NCBI GenBank assembly: GCA_002269645.1
Contig: NIVC01000899.1
Span: 53,125-117,124 of the forward strand
Length of the DNA stretch: 64,000 nt
From: Macrostomum lignano
Taxonomy: Eukaryota
Reading direction: 5' to 3'
Shown here: positions 22,301 through 35,700 of the stretch, piece after piece
How the letters are laid out: the number at the start of each line of letters is the position of its first letter
Position numbering within the stretch: position 1 is the first letter of the stretch
Position numbers and translations under genes: made by a program
The notes under the pieces: model-generated
The model's database searches: none
Seen by the model: only the letters and a program-made list of their open reading frames with translations
What the model was told of the DNA's origin: nothing

Positions 22301-25300
22301 GCAGATTCAGACGGATTTTTCGTCAGACTTTGAGCACAGCTTCCCGACTGAACAGCTCGAAGTCAAAAGTGTCGATAGCAATCCCACAGATCCCATAGGT
22401 GAGATCGAGATATCACTCTGTAACTTAGTTACAAGCTCTGCTCCGTTTTTAGACACCTGGTTTCAGGATCAATTCTGAAAAGCACGGACTTAGATGGTCC
22501 GACCGGGCGCAGCTTGGTTGGGTGTTAAACAAGTGGGACGTGGCTCTTGTGCGTTGGTGCGGGGGATGGTGAAGCCTTGCCTAGGTCACGTGGCCCCGGT
22601 TTGGGTGGCGTGTATTTAATACACGCGCCAAGCGCGTATCGACTCGTAAAATGCGGCCAGGCTCGAACCTGCGCCACTCGTGCCAACTGCCTTGACTTCG
22701 TCTCACTGGTTTAAATGAAGTATAACTGATCGAAAACTATTTTCTGTTGTTTTTATATGTAGAATATTTCTAGTTACTTTTTTACTTGCAATAAAGTTTG
22801 TTGAAAAGCATGAGTTTTGGGGGTAAATAAAAGTTTTCAATGTTATTACATGTATGTCGAAGCGTAGCCACACCAAAAAAGCAATCTCCAATGAGCAAAA
22901 GTATGCATACGGGCTACAAGTAATTTGCAACAATTTTGAAAATTTCATTTAAAGCAAGCACTAATAGGTAATTTAATGAATAATTTCTCAAATTTCAGAA
23001 AGGCTTTGCAGTCGACCAACCAGTGCGGGCGAACCGAGACCGCTGTCGCAAAGTGAATCGTGAGTTGATTATCGCCGGATACGATGAAGTCGAATCGCTG
23101 TGTATGTAAGTCGATCCCAAACCACACCCTCGCCATTCAGACGTGAGTCCAGTCAGAGGCTGCAGCCCGAGCTGCCCGGCGATCAGGAGCTGGACTCCAG
23201 CGGCTATTTCCACTGGGTCTCCAACCGCTCGGCTGGTACAGTCGTGCTGAACAACCACAAAGTCCACCAATTCCGAAATCACATTGTTGTGTGCGTTGTT
23301 GAGAAGCGTTCCGACGTTCTGCTTAACATTACTTCCTTTATCATGCCGCTGCGAGCGAGCACAATACCGAAGAGAGAGCTCAAGGATATTGTTTTCGTAG
23401 GCAACATCGATCTCATATTCAACGAATGGAGCGTTATCCAGAATTTTCCTGGAATCTATGCTCTCAACGGTTCCACGTTAAACCGAGCCAATCTCAAAGC
23501 CGTCAACATCGAATACGTTGACTGTTGCGTGATACTGTCGCCGAAGGCGAACTCATTACAAGCGAACGCCCAGGCTGACCGGGAGACAGTGCTGTGCACT
23601 CTCAACATCAAAACGATGCGGCACCCGGAGACTGGACGCCGCCTCGGCGACACAATTCACATTGTGACTGAGCTGAACAGCGTCGGCTCAATCGAGTACC
23701 TTGATCAGGATGACGAAATGGAGGTTGAGGAGCCGTTCATGACGCAAGCATTTGCCACCGGGCGGACCGTTTACCTCAGCTTGCTCGGCTCCATCGCTAC
23801 AACGGTAACGATAAGCTCCAAACCACTTTATTCTATGGTTATTAAATTTCACGAAAATTTAGGTAACTTTTGAGCTTATGAAAACGTAAATTTTTGAGAT
23901 GAAGTTCGATTCAGAATGAAAAGTTTTAATACGATTTACTGTACGATGTTACTTACGATCTTACTGTTCCGTCGAGTTTCTTAAAGTTGAAAAAGCACAA
24001 GAAGCAGTTTGGTCTTCGGAATGATTTTACAGGATTTATATAATAAAGTAAAGTTTGAAAAGCCATTTAACATCATCAAATGATGTACAAAGCGACAACA
24101 TATATGCAAAATCACGCAAAACTTAGTCAAACTTAATGGCGATGTGAACGAGTTTTACATACATGTGAGATCAGGTTCGTTCGACACATAGGAACGAAAG
24201 CACCGTTTTGATGTTGAACTAACGACGTACGGGAATTAAACTGAAGCATCAAAACTCTTTCGTTACCCACAGATTTACTTCAACGAGCCGGCCCTAAACT
24301 TTCTGAGAACAATACTCACCACAGTCGATTCGGACAATCTAGAAATCGATCTCAACGAGCAGGGTTTTCATTTCATGTCTCTAGAGCAGACTAACGAATT
24401 GATGAGACCGCGGCTGGATCGGCCAGCCGATGCGAGACCCACGGGGCCGCATTTGAGAAGCAAAATTCAGCTGTTTAGCGTCTTGGAGCAACCGCTGCGC
24501 TGTCTGTACGAGTTGGAGGTGCGTTTGACTCCTACAGCCACTTTAAGTCTCAGTATGAGTAAAGCCATCACCGCAGCTACTACACTGACCTCTACTGCAG
24601 CTACTACCCCGACCTCTACTGCAGCTACTACCCCGACCTCTACTGCAGCTACTACCCCGACCTCTACTGCAGCTACTACCCCAACCTCTACTGCAGCTAC
24701 TACCCGACCTCTACTGCAGCTACTACCCCGACCTCTACTGCACCTACTACACCAACCTCTACTGCAGCTACTACCCCGACCTCTACTGCACCTACTACAC
24801 CAACCTCTACTGCAGCTACTACCCCGACCTCTACTGCACCTACTACACCAACCTCTACTGCAGCTACTACCCCGACCTCTACTGCACCTACTACCCCGAT
24901 CTCTAATTGCAGCGACCGTATCTATCTTTTAGATGTAAATAGTATTTTTAATGCAGTCGAGGCGTCAATTCAGCACATTACTAAATTTACCCGTTTCCTT
25001 CTTTTGCAGGGTACCGCAGGCTGCCAGTGGCGCGATCTTGCCGCACGGTGCTTGGACCAGCTGGAGTCGGTCTGCATCGGCATCTCCAGACTGCAGGTTA
25101 CCCAGCCGGATGCTAAGAACCACCGTTATGTAATTGCCATGCCGCCCGCTGAGATGGAGTTGGTACCCACAGACAAGGTGAGCTTTGTTGTAAATTCAAA
25201 ATGCTATAATCACAATCGCAGATGCTAAAACAATGGCTTACGGACATTTCCCCTCCGGCATTTCCCCTCCGGCGTTTTCCCTCCGGCATTTCCCCTCCGG

Positions 25301-25854
25301 CATTTCCCCTCTGGCATTTCCCCTTCGGCATTTCCCCTCCGGCGTTTCCCCTTCGGCATTTCCCCTTCGGCATTTCCCCTCCGGCGTTTCCCCTTCGGCA
25401 TTTCCCCTCCGGCATTTCCCCTCTGGGATTTCCCCTTCGGCATTTCCCCTCCGGCGTTTCCCCTTCGGCATTTCCCCTCTGGCATTTCCCCTCCGGCATT
25501 TCCCCTTCGGCATTTCCCCTCCGGCGTTTCCCCTCCGGCATTTCCCCTCTGGCATTTCCCCTCCGGCATTTCCCCTTCGGCATTTCCCCTCCGGCGTTTC
25601 CCCTCCGGCATTTCCCCTCTGGCATTTCCCCTCCGGCATTTCCCCTTCGGCATTTCCCCTCCGGCGTTTCCCCTCCGGCATTTCCCCTCTGGCATTTCCC
25701 ATCCGGCGTTTCCCTTCCGGATAGGACAACTCCAGACTGTTGAGAGCATAAAAGCATAAATACACTAACATTAATAGTACCGCTAAAACAATTTCAGGTG
25801 TATTGTCTTATGCCGGCTAATTTTTGCGAGATCCGTCAACTGATGTCTGATTGA
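19312..25854 (+). CDS. slo: Slo-family (BK/KCNMA1-like) large-conductance K+ channel alpha subunit, divergent; 14 exons
   Basis: Exons 19312-19596, 19707-19892, 19972-20083, 20169-20320, 20406-20585, 20678-20772, 20839-20952, 21262-21948, 22034-22398, 22999-23059, 23141-23804, 24273-24518, 25010-25177, 25798-25854. S0-S6 present; filter TMSTVGYGD (20508-20525); RCK1 HVVLAG and DVKNIMRVIAIK; LAQSCLAPGVSTLL; RCK2 HIVVC; LKAVNI; Ca-bowl-like TEL..YLDQDDE; C-terminal LVPTDKVYCL. Confidence 0.9.
22490..22710 (-). mobile_element. Probable tRNA-derived SINE (different body) in a Slo intron
   Basis: Reverse strand has a tRNA-like head with B-box aggttcgagcctgg (22668-22681). GC-rich block inside an AT-rich intron. 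Confidence 0.5.
24580..24900. repeat. 24-bp minisatellite (cctctactgcagctactaccccga)
   Basis: Tandem units in Slo intron 24519-25009. Confidence 0.92.
25245..25720. repeat. 14-bp minisatellite (ggcatttcccctcc)
   Basis: Tandem units in Slo intron 25178-25797. The period is not a multiple of 3, so the same 14-aa repeat appears in several frames. Confidence 0.93.
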
Positions 25855-26794
25855 TTCGGCACCGGCCGAGCACCGGACGAGCGGCAATATGTAAAGCTCG
25901 ACCTCACCCAGCTCTCCATTCTTACTCTCCCGTCCTTCATCAACCTGCTGAATGCTGAATATTGCATATTGAATGCCAGCGTTTGCTTTATGCAACCCGC
26001 GTGCCACGCTCCCTTTGCATTCGATTTTGTCCAAACTTAATTCTGTATTCTCTGGAGTCTTCATTGCACACTGGATTCAATCCACGAGTGAGCTTGTAAT
26101 TGTTTTAACCGTATCAATAAAACTTCAAGATTTCCGACCGAACCGATGAGTCAAGCCTTTATCCTTCTGCCTTTACGTAGTAGTCTTTAATGGCTCATAA
26201 TTGGCCTTGTTTCTCATACCTTGCACCCACTGGCACCCCTGGCACCCACTGGCACCTCTGGTACTCCCTGGAACCCGGCCGTGATCTCCTAATACCTGCG
26301 GAAACATTGTCAACCCATTCCCCCTTACTTTATTATTCAACCTTCTTCGATCGTCAAACCCAAAGCGTCTTTGCAGGCCGCAGAAGTCGGCATTTCTCAA
26401 CGAATAATTCTCTAGGTTCAGGAAATCCCGTACCGCAAAAGTTGCGCGTGTATTTATCACGATTAACAATCGGATCGTGGATCAGAGTTGGTGCACAGAA
26501 AAAAGCAATAACGAAAACAGAGTCAAATAAGATTAAGATGGTGACCTATGATGATATTTGTAGAATCATGCTGATTTCTGTAGTAACACAAAAATTAATA
26601 AAAGACTATCGTTTGAAACAAATAGCTGTTTAAGTACAGAGAGCGAGTCACAAATTTGACACGATAAACGACGCTTAACAAAAGGTGACTGTTAGCGCTC
26701 TCTACACGGGCTGTAAATTTAGCTCAAATGAGCAAATTATTGATTAAAACTGTCTAATATTAATAACTCGAATTTTATAACTATTTTATCCGGA

Positions 26795-29700
26795 TTAAAA
26801 GTCTTTGTCCCAGCCGGTGACGTCATCCGGCGGCTGTTCCGCATCGGGAGGATACTCGTCGAAATTGCTGGCATCCACTGGAGACGAAATCTGGAAACAA
26901 ATGTTGTAGAGGACTAATGGAGGCCAAAAGAGGACAAACAGGACTGAGTGACACACTCAGAAGGACATGGTAAGTAGTGACACGTAGAAAAATGGAGTGA
27001 CACACTAAGGACATGGTTACACACTGAGAACACAGTGACACGTAAAAAATGGAGTGACACACGCAGGCCATGGTTACACACTGAGAACACAGTGACACGT
27101 AGAAAAATGGAGTGACACACGCAGGCCATGGTTACACACTGAGAACACAGTGACACGTAGAAAAATGGAGTGACACGCAGAAGGACATGGTTATACACTG
27201 AGGACACAGTGACACGTAGAAAAATGGAGTGACACGCAGAAGGACATGGTTATACACTGAGGACACAGTGACACGTAGAAAAATGGAGTGACACGCAGAA
27301 GGACATGGTTACACACTGAGGACACAGTGACACGTAGAAAAATGGAGTGACACACTAAGGACATGGTTACACACTGAGAACACAGTGACACGTAGAAAAA
27401 TGGAGTGACACACTCAGGACATGGTTACACACTGAGAACACAGTGACACGTAGAAAAATGGAGTGACACACGCAGGCCATGGTTACACACTGAGAACACA
27501 GTGACACGTAGAAAAATGGAGTGACACGCAGAAGGACATGGTTATACACTGAGGACACAGTGACACGTAGAAAAATGGAGTGACACGCAGAAGGACATGG
27601 TTACACACTGAGAACACAGTGACACGTAGAAAAATGGAGTGACACACGCAGGCCATGGTTACACACTGAGGACACAGGGACACATAGAAAAATGGAGTGA
27701 CACACGCAGGACATGGTTACACACTGAGAACACAGTGACACGTAGAAAAATGGAGTGACACACGCAGGCCATGGTTACACACTGAGGACACAGTGACACG
27801 TAGAAAAATGGAGTGACACGCAGAAGGACATGGTTACACACTGAGGACACAGTGACACGTAAAAAAATGGAGTGACACACGCAGGCCATGGTTACACACT
27901 GAGGACACAGTGACACGTAAAAAAATGGAGTGACACACGCAGGCCATGGTTACACACTGAGGACACAGTGACACGTAAAAAAATGGAGTGACACACGCAG
28001 GCCATGGTTACACACTGAGGACACAGTGACACGTAGAAAAATGGAGTGACACACGCAGGACATGGTTACACACTGAGGACACAGTGACACGTAGAAAAAT
28101 GGAGTGACACACTCGGGACATGGTTACACACTGAGGACACAGTGACACGTAGAAAAATGGAGTGACACACGCAGGACATGGTTACACACTGAGGACACAG
28201 TGACACGTAGAAAAATGGAGTGACACACGCAGGACATGGTTACACACTGAGGACACAGTGACACGTAGAAAAATGGAGTGACACACTCAGGACATGGTTA
28301 CACACTGAGGACACAGTGACACGTAGAAAAATGGAGTGACACACGCAGGACATGGTTACACACTGAGGACACAGTGACACGTAGAAAAATGGAGTGACAC
28401 ACGCAGGACATGGTTACACACTGAGGACACAGTGACACGTAGAAAAATGGAGTGACACACGCAGGCCATGGTTACACACTGAGAACACAGTGACACGTAG
28501 AAAAATGGAGTGACACACGCAGGCCATGGTTACACACTGAGAACACAGTGACACGTAGAAAAATGGAGTGACACGCAGAAGGACATGGTTATACACTGAG
28601 GACACAGTGACACGTAGAAAAATGGAGTGACACGCAGAAGGACATGGTTATACACTGAGGACACAGTGACACGTAGAAAAATGGAGTGACACGCAGAAGG
28701 ACATGGTTACACACTGAGGACACAGTGACACGTAGAAAAATGGAGTGACACGCAGAAGGACATGGTTATACACTGAGAACACAATGACACGTAGAAAAAT
28801 GGAGTGACACGCAGAAGGACATGGTTACACACTGAGGACACAGTGACACGTAGAAAAATGGAGTGACACACGCAGGACATGGTTACACACTGAGAACACA
28901 GTGACACGTAGAAAAATGGAGTGACACACGCAGGCCATGGTTACACACTGAGGACACAGTGACACATAGAAAAATGGAGTGACACACGCAGGACATGGTT
29001 ACACACTGAGAACACAGTGACACGTAGAAAAATGGAGTGACACACGCAGGCCATGGTTACACACTGAGGACACAGTGACACGTAGAAAAATGGAGTGACA
29101 CACGCAGGCCATGGTTACACACTGAGGACACAGTGACACGTAGAAAAATGGAGTGACACGCAGAAGGACATGGTTACACACTGAGGACACAGTGACACGT
29201 AAAAAATGGAGTGACACACGCAGGCCATGGTTACACACTGAGGACACAGTGACACGTAAAAAATGGAGTGACACACGCAGGCCATGGTTACACACTGAGG
29301 ACACAGTGACACGTAAAAAAATGGAGTGACACACGCAGGCCATGGTTACACACTGAGGACACAGTGACACGTAGAAAAATGGAGTGACACACGCAGGACA
29401 TGGTTACACACTGAGGACACAGTGACACGTAGAAAAATGGAGTGACACACGCAGGACATGGTTACACACTGAGGACACAGTGACACGTAGAAAAATGGAG
29501 TGACACACGCAGGACATGGTTACACACTGAGGACACAGTGACACGTAGAAAAATGGAGTGACACACGCAGGACATGGTTACACACTGAGGACACAGTGAC
29601 ACGTAGAAAAATGGAGTGACACACTCAGGACATGGTTACACACTGAGACACAGTGACACGTAGAAAAATGGAGTGACACACGCAGGACATGGTTACACAC

Positions 29701-32700
29701 TGAGGACACAGTGACACGTAGAAAAATGGAGTGACACACGCAGGACATGGTTACACACTGAGGACACAGTGACACGTAGAAAAATGGAGTGACACACTCG
29801 GGACATGGTTACACACTGAGGACACAGTGACACGTAGAAAAATGGAGTGACACACGCAGGACATGGTTACACACTGAGGACACAGTGACACGTAGAAAAA
29901 TGGAGTGACACACGCAGGACATGGTTACACACTGAGGACACAGTGACACGTAGAAAAATGGAGTGACACACTCAGGACATGGTTACACACTGAGGACACA
30001 GTGACACGTAGAAAAATGGAGTGACACGCAGAAGGACATGGTTATACACTGAGGACACAGTGACACGTAGAAAAATGGAGTGACACGCAGAAGGACATGG
30101 TTACACACTGAGGACACAGTGACACGTAGAAAAATGGAGTGACACGCAGAAGGACATGGTTATACACTGAGAACACAATGACACGTAGAAAAATGGAGTG
30201 ACACGCAGAAGGACATGGTTACACACTGAGGACACAGTGACACGTAGAAAAATGGAGTGACACACGCAGGACATGGTTACACACTGAGAACACAGTGACA
30301 CGTAGAAAAATGGAGTGACACACGCAGGCCATGGTTACACACTGAGGACACAGGGACACATAGAAAAATGGAGTGACACACGCAGGACATGGTTACACAC
30401 TGACAACACAGTGACACGTAGAAAAATGGAGTGACACACGCAGGCCATGGTTACACACTGAGGACACAGTGACACGTAGAAAAATGGAGTGACACACGCA
30501 GGCCATGGTTACACACTGAGGACACAGTGACACGTAGAAAAATGGAGTGACACGCAGAAGGACATGGTTACACACTGAGGACACAGTGACACGTAAAAAA
30601 ATGGAGTGACACACGCAGGCCATGGTTACACACTGAGGACACAGTGACACGTAGAAAAATGGAGTGACACGCAGAAGGACATGGTTATACACTGAGGACA
30701 CAGTGACACGTAGAAAAATGGAGTGACACGCAGAAGGACATGGTTATACACTGAGGACACAGTGACACGTAGAAAAATGGAGTGACACGCAGAAGGACAT
30801 GGTTACACACTGAGGACACAGTGACACGTAGAAAAATGGAGTGACACACTAAGGACATGGTTACACACTGAGAACACAGTGACACGTAGAAAAATGGAGT
30901 GACACACTCAGGACATGGTTACACACTGAGAACACAGTGACACGTAGAAAAATGGAGTGACACACGCAGGACATGGTTACACACTGAGAACACAGTGACA
31001 CGTAGAAAAATGGAGTGACACACGCAGGCCATGGTTACACACTGAGGACACAGGGACACATAGAAAAATGGAGTGACACACGCAGGACATGGTTACACAC
31101 TGAGAACACAGTGACACGTAGAAAAATGGAGTGACACACGCAGGCCATGGTTACACACTGAGGACACAGTGACACGTAGAAAAATGGAGTGACACGCAGA
31201 AGGACATGGTTACACACTGAGGACACAGTGACACGTAGAAAAATGGAGTGACACACGCAGGCCATGGTTACACACTGAGGACACAGTGACACGTAGAAAA
31301 ATGGAGTGACACGCAGAAGGACATGGTTACACACTGAGGACACAGTGACACGTAAAAAATGGAGTGACACACGCAGGCCATGGTTACACACTGAGGACAC
31401 AGTGACACGTAAAAAATGGAGTGACACACGCAGGCCATGGTTACACACTGAGGACACAGTGACACGTAAAAAAATGGAGTGACACACGCAGGCCATGGTT
31501 ACACACTGAGGACACAGTGACACGTAGAAAAATGGAGTGACACACGCAGGACATGGTTACACACTGAGGACACAGTGACACGTAGAAAAATGGAGTGACA
31601 CACTCGGACATGGTTACACACTGAGGACACAGTGACACGTAGAAAAATGGAGTGACACACGCAGGACATGGTTACACACTGAGGACACAGTGACACGTAG
31701 AAAAATGGAGTGACACACGCAGGACATGGTTACACACTGAGGACACAGTGACACGTAGAAAAATGGAGTGACACACTCAGGACATGGTTACACACTGAGG
31801 ACACAGTGACACGTAGAAAAATGGAGTGACACACGCAGGACATGGTTACACACTGAGGACACAGTGACACGTAGAAAAATGGAGTGACACACGCAGGCCA
31901 TGGTTACACACTGAGAACACAGTGACACGTAGAAAAATGGAGTGACACACGCAGGCCATGGTTACACACTGAGAACACAGTGACACGTAGAAAAATGGAG
32001 TGACACACGCAGGCCATGGTTACACACTGAGAACACAGTGACACGTAGAAAAATGGAGTGACACGCAGAAGGACATGGTTACACACTGAGAACACAGTGA
32101 CACGTAGAAAAATGGAGTGACACACGCAGGACATGGTTACACACTGAGGACACAGTGACACGTAGAAAAATGGAGTGACACGCAGAAGGACATGGTTATA
32201 CACTGAGGACACAGTGACACGTAGAAAAATGGAGTGACACGCAGAAGGACATGGTTACACACTGAGGACACAGTGACACGTAGAAAAATGGAGTGACACA
32301 CTAAGGACATGGTTACACACTGAGAACACAGTGACACGTAGAAAAATGGAGTGACACACTCAGGACATGGTTACACACTGAGAACACAGTGACACGTAGA
32401 AAAATGGAGTGACACACGCAGGCCATGGTTACACACTGAGAACACAGTGACACGTAGAAAAATGGAGTGACACGCAGAAGGACATGGTTATACACTGAGG
32501 ACACAGTGACACGTAGAAAAATGGAGTGACACGCAGAAGGACATGGTTATACACTGAGGACACAGTGACACGTAGAAAAATGGAGTGACACGCAGAAGGA
32601 CATGGTTATACACTGAGGACACAGTGACACGTAGAAAAATGGAGTGACACGCAGAAGGACATGGTTATACACTGAGGACACAGTGACACGTAGAAAAATG

Positions 32701-35700
32701 GAGTGACACACTCGGGACATGGTTACACACTGAGGACACAGTGACACGTAGAAAAATGGAGTGACACGCAGAAGGACATGGTTATACACTGAGAACACAA
32801 TGACACGTAGAAAAATGGAGTGACACGCAGAAGGACATGGTTACACACTGAGGACACAGTGACACGTAGAAAAATGGAGTGACACACGCAGGACATGGTT
32901 ACACACTGAGGACACAGTGACACGTAGAAAAATGGAGTGACACACGCAGGCCATGGTTACACACTGAGGACACAGGGACACATAGAAAAATGGAGTGACA
33001 CACGCAGGACATGGTTACACACTGAGAACACAGTGACACGTAGAAAAATGGAGTGACACACGCAGGCCATGGTTACACACTGAGGACACAGTGACACGTA
33101 GAAAAATGGAGTGACACGCAGAAGGACATGGTTACACACTGAGGACACAGTGACACGTAAAAAAATGGAGTGACACACGCAGGCCATGGTTACACACTGA
33201 GGACACAGTGACACGTAAAAAAATGGAGTGACACACGCAGGCCATGGTTACACACTGAGAACACAGTGACACGTAGAAAAATGGAGTGACACACGCAGGC
33301 CATGGTTACACACTGAGGACACAGTGACACGTAGAAAAATGGAGTGACACACGCAGGACATGGTTACACACTGAGGACACAGTGACACGTAGAAAAATGG
33401 AGTGACACACTCGGGACATGGTTACACACTGAGGACACAGTGACACGTAGAAAAATGGAGTGACACACGCAGGACATGGTTACACACTGAGGACACAGTG
33501 ACACGTAGAAAAATGGAGTGACACGCAGAAGGACATGGTTACACACTGAGGACACAGTGACACGTAGAAAAATGGAGTGACACACTCAGGACATGGTTAC
33601 ACACTGAGGACACAGTGACACGTAGAAAAATGGAGTGACACACGCAGGACATGGTTACACACTGAGGACACAGTGACACGTAGAAAAATGGAGTGACACA
33701 CGCAGGACATGGTTACACACTGAGGACACAGTGACACGTAGAAAAATGGAGTGACACACGCAGGACATGGTTACACACTGAGGACACAGTGACACGTAGA
33801 AAAATGGAGTGACACAAAGATAAAGAAAAAGCGGAATTTCAAAAAATGACAGTGATATAGACCAAGATGGAGAGAGTATCATACATATGAGAATATATAC
33901 AAACGGAACTATTTGAGAAACACCTAGAAGGACCCCAGGTGAACTGGGAAAACTGATGAAGAATAAGTCAATCAAAATACACAGTCGAATTATTAAAATT
34001 GAAACGGTTTAAAATTTAAATTAAACAGTTACAATTCCATAACCGGCTCACCTTCGGCAGGAACGGTGGAGTGAGGGATCGCGACTTCACCCCGGCCCAG
34101 TTGAAGCCCTCAAACCAGACGTGATGGGCCACCTCCATCACTCCGCCGCGGCCAAACCCCAGCCTCTCAGATGGACTGTCGCTGAAAAAATCAAGCGGAC
34201 AATCAAGTTATGGAAATTTAGTTCGCTTCAGGATTTAGGGGCGGGGGCAAATGTTGACTTCAGGATTAGGGGGGGGGGCAAAGGGGGTGGCAACGTGAGA
34301 GTTAGAATCGTGAAAAAATGTTTAAATTTGAGAAAAAATCGAATTTGGGAGGATTTTTAGGAACTGGCATCAAAGGAAGAACAAAATTATATATTTAATC
34401 GTTGTAGTTAAGGCATCACTGCATTCTAAGAGTATATATGACGCAAAAGTATGGGGGCGTAGTCCAGTGGTCTGGCGCAGCGCTCTGATGTGCCAGCGGC
34501 TCAGGCTCGATTCCAAGTGCAGTCACATTGATTCAGGGCTAAACTGGAATTTCGGCTTGGCTCTGCTCGTGCAATTAATGCTCTTGAGGGCCAGCCCCCA
34601 AGGCACAGTGAAGTGTACATGCCTAACGATAAATAAAGTTTAGGGCCGCTGTACACTTCTGTGTGAGTGTGTGCCTGTGCGTATGACTGCGTACGTATCC
34701 GCGCGCTTGTGTGCCTGCTCAGGGGAGTCGGCGGAATGAGCAGCAATGCCTCTCGCCGGTTGCGTGACAATGTCGCTTAAAGTACGCCAGGGTGCACACA
34801 GCCACTGCCTCTAAAAAGTGATACCAAAGAATTCGTACACATGCGCACTGTGCTCACACAGAGCGTACAACGCCTCTTGATTTTTTCTTCATCAAAGAAA
34901 TGTACTCTTCAAGGGGCAGATGTAGCAGTACCGTCTGATTCTAGCGCCAAAGTAGCTGGCCACGTTAAACTGTTTGGATTTAGTTCAATTCTCGCCCATG
35001 AGGGCCAGTACACAAGGCACTGAGTGTGTGCTGACTGACGAAAACAAAGTCAGGGCCGCTGTACAATCTGTGGGATTGTGTGCCTGCTTCCGTATCAGGG
35101 TTCAGCCAAATGGCCTGACTGCTTGTCTCTTCGCTGCCTGGGGATCGTCTTGATTTTCGGCAGCCCCAAGGCGCCCCTGCAAACAAACATACCGTACTTT
35201 GTACTTTTTCTGTCAATCTCAACTTTTGAATCCAGTAGTAAATTTGGCCCCAGCTGAAATTCTACCGCATGGTTGCGATTTCAGGGGCCGGTCTTAACCG
35301 GCTCTGTAATCGTGTTTAGCCGACGGGGCCACCCCCTCCGCCCGTCTGTGCGTGCGGCCCGCGCGTGTGCATCCCTGCCGCAAGGTGGGGTGCTGGGTGC
35401 CGGCCGGCAGGCGGGGGTGTTGGGTTGGGGGTGGGCGGCGTCGGCCCCCTTTTATTTGTGCGCTCACGCTCTCTCGTGCGCGCTGCGAGAGCGCTTTGGC
35501 TCGTAAAAAAATTTTTAAGCTTTCCCGAGCTTTAAAAAAGCTTTACGAGCCTCGTAAGCTCGGGAAAGCTTAAAAATTTTTTTACGAGCCAAAGCGCTCT
35601 CGCAGCGCGCACGAGAGAGCGTGAGCGCACAAATAAAAGGGGGCCGACGCCGCCCACCCCCAACCCAACACCCCCGCCTGCCGGCCGGCACCCAGCACCC

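Noticed and set aside
26975-33815. RAG recombination-signal-like motif (CACAGTG followed by an A-rich stretch) in each satellite unit
   Set aside because: The A-run starts 6 nt after the heptamer rather than 12 or 23, and it matches the nonamer poorly.
26823-33975. Dozens of short Cys/His-rich ORFs resembling zinc fingers
   Set aside because: They are satellite translations inside a PKG intron.
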